Origin: Octopus vulgaris
Lineage: Eukaryota
Length of the DNA: 64,000 nt
Assembly: GCA_951406725.2 (NCBI GenBank)
Contig: OX597819.1
Coordinates: forward strand, 117,118,001-117,182,000
Direction: 5' to 3'
The notes beneath the pieces were generated by a model. The model saw only the letters and a program-made list of their open reading frames with translations. It searched no databases and had not been told where the DNA came from. The position numbers and the translations under genes were made by a program. Shown piece after piece: positions 63,731 through 64,000 of the stretch (position 1 is the stretch's first letter; each line of letters begins with the position of its first letter).

Positions 63731-64000
63731 CACGCATGTTAGTGTTGTATATGGATAGCTAGTTAGATAGATTTATAGATTGACAGGCAGTGGGACAGAG
63801 TGAGATAGACACGAGGTCTCATCAATGAGAATCCAAACTATTGCCATAGTAATGTTGCTAAACCCTGCAAAATGAAGCTTAGCAAATATTCACCTTAACG
63901 GCTGCTGTGCATACCCACGACGTTTTAACGTCCTAGTTTACTTCAACTGTCTACAGCAGCGCTTGGAAGGAAGGTGTGTAGCGTGTGATCGTCGCATTGA

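Overview
AT-rich, microsatellite-dense animal genomic DNA. The repeat content (tRNA-derived SINEs, Dong/R4, RTE, CR1-like and HERO-like LINEs, Penelope-like elements, Tc1/mariner, Helitron) suggests a coleoid cephalopod such as Octopus; this is inference. I see no intact host protein-coding gene, and almost all short ORFs in the track are translations of (TA)n/(CA)n/(AAT)n repeats. The clearest feature is a near full-length but disrupted R4/Dong-clade non-LTR retrotransposon (11181-15078) sitting in an (AAT)n tract. The main signals not explained by the ORF track are: (1) several unrelated small repeat families carrying type I hammerhead-ribozyme motifs, two with intact cores (7286-7336 minus, 17002-17099 plus), plus a tandem 206-nt retrozyme-like dimer with a non-canonical CUGUNGAA core (43610-44005); (2) three long fold-back hairpins with divergent arms that share a one-sided, hammerhead-like flank; (3) several heavily decayed rhodopsin-class GPCR-like relics. 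All family assignments are by eye from motifs, and element boundaries are approximate.
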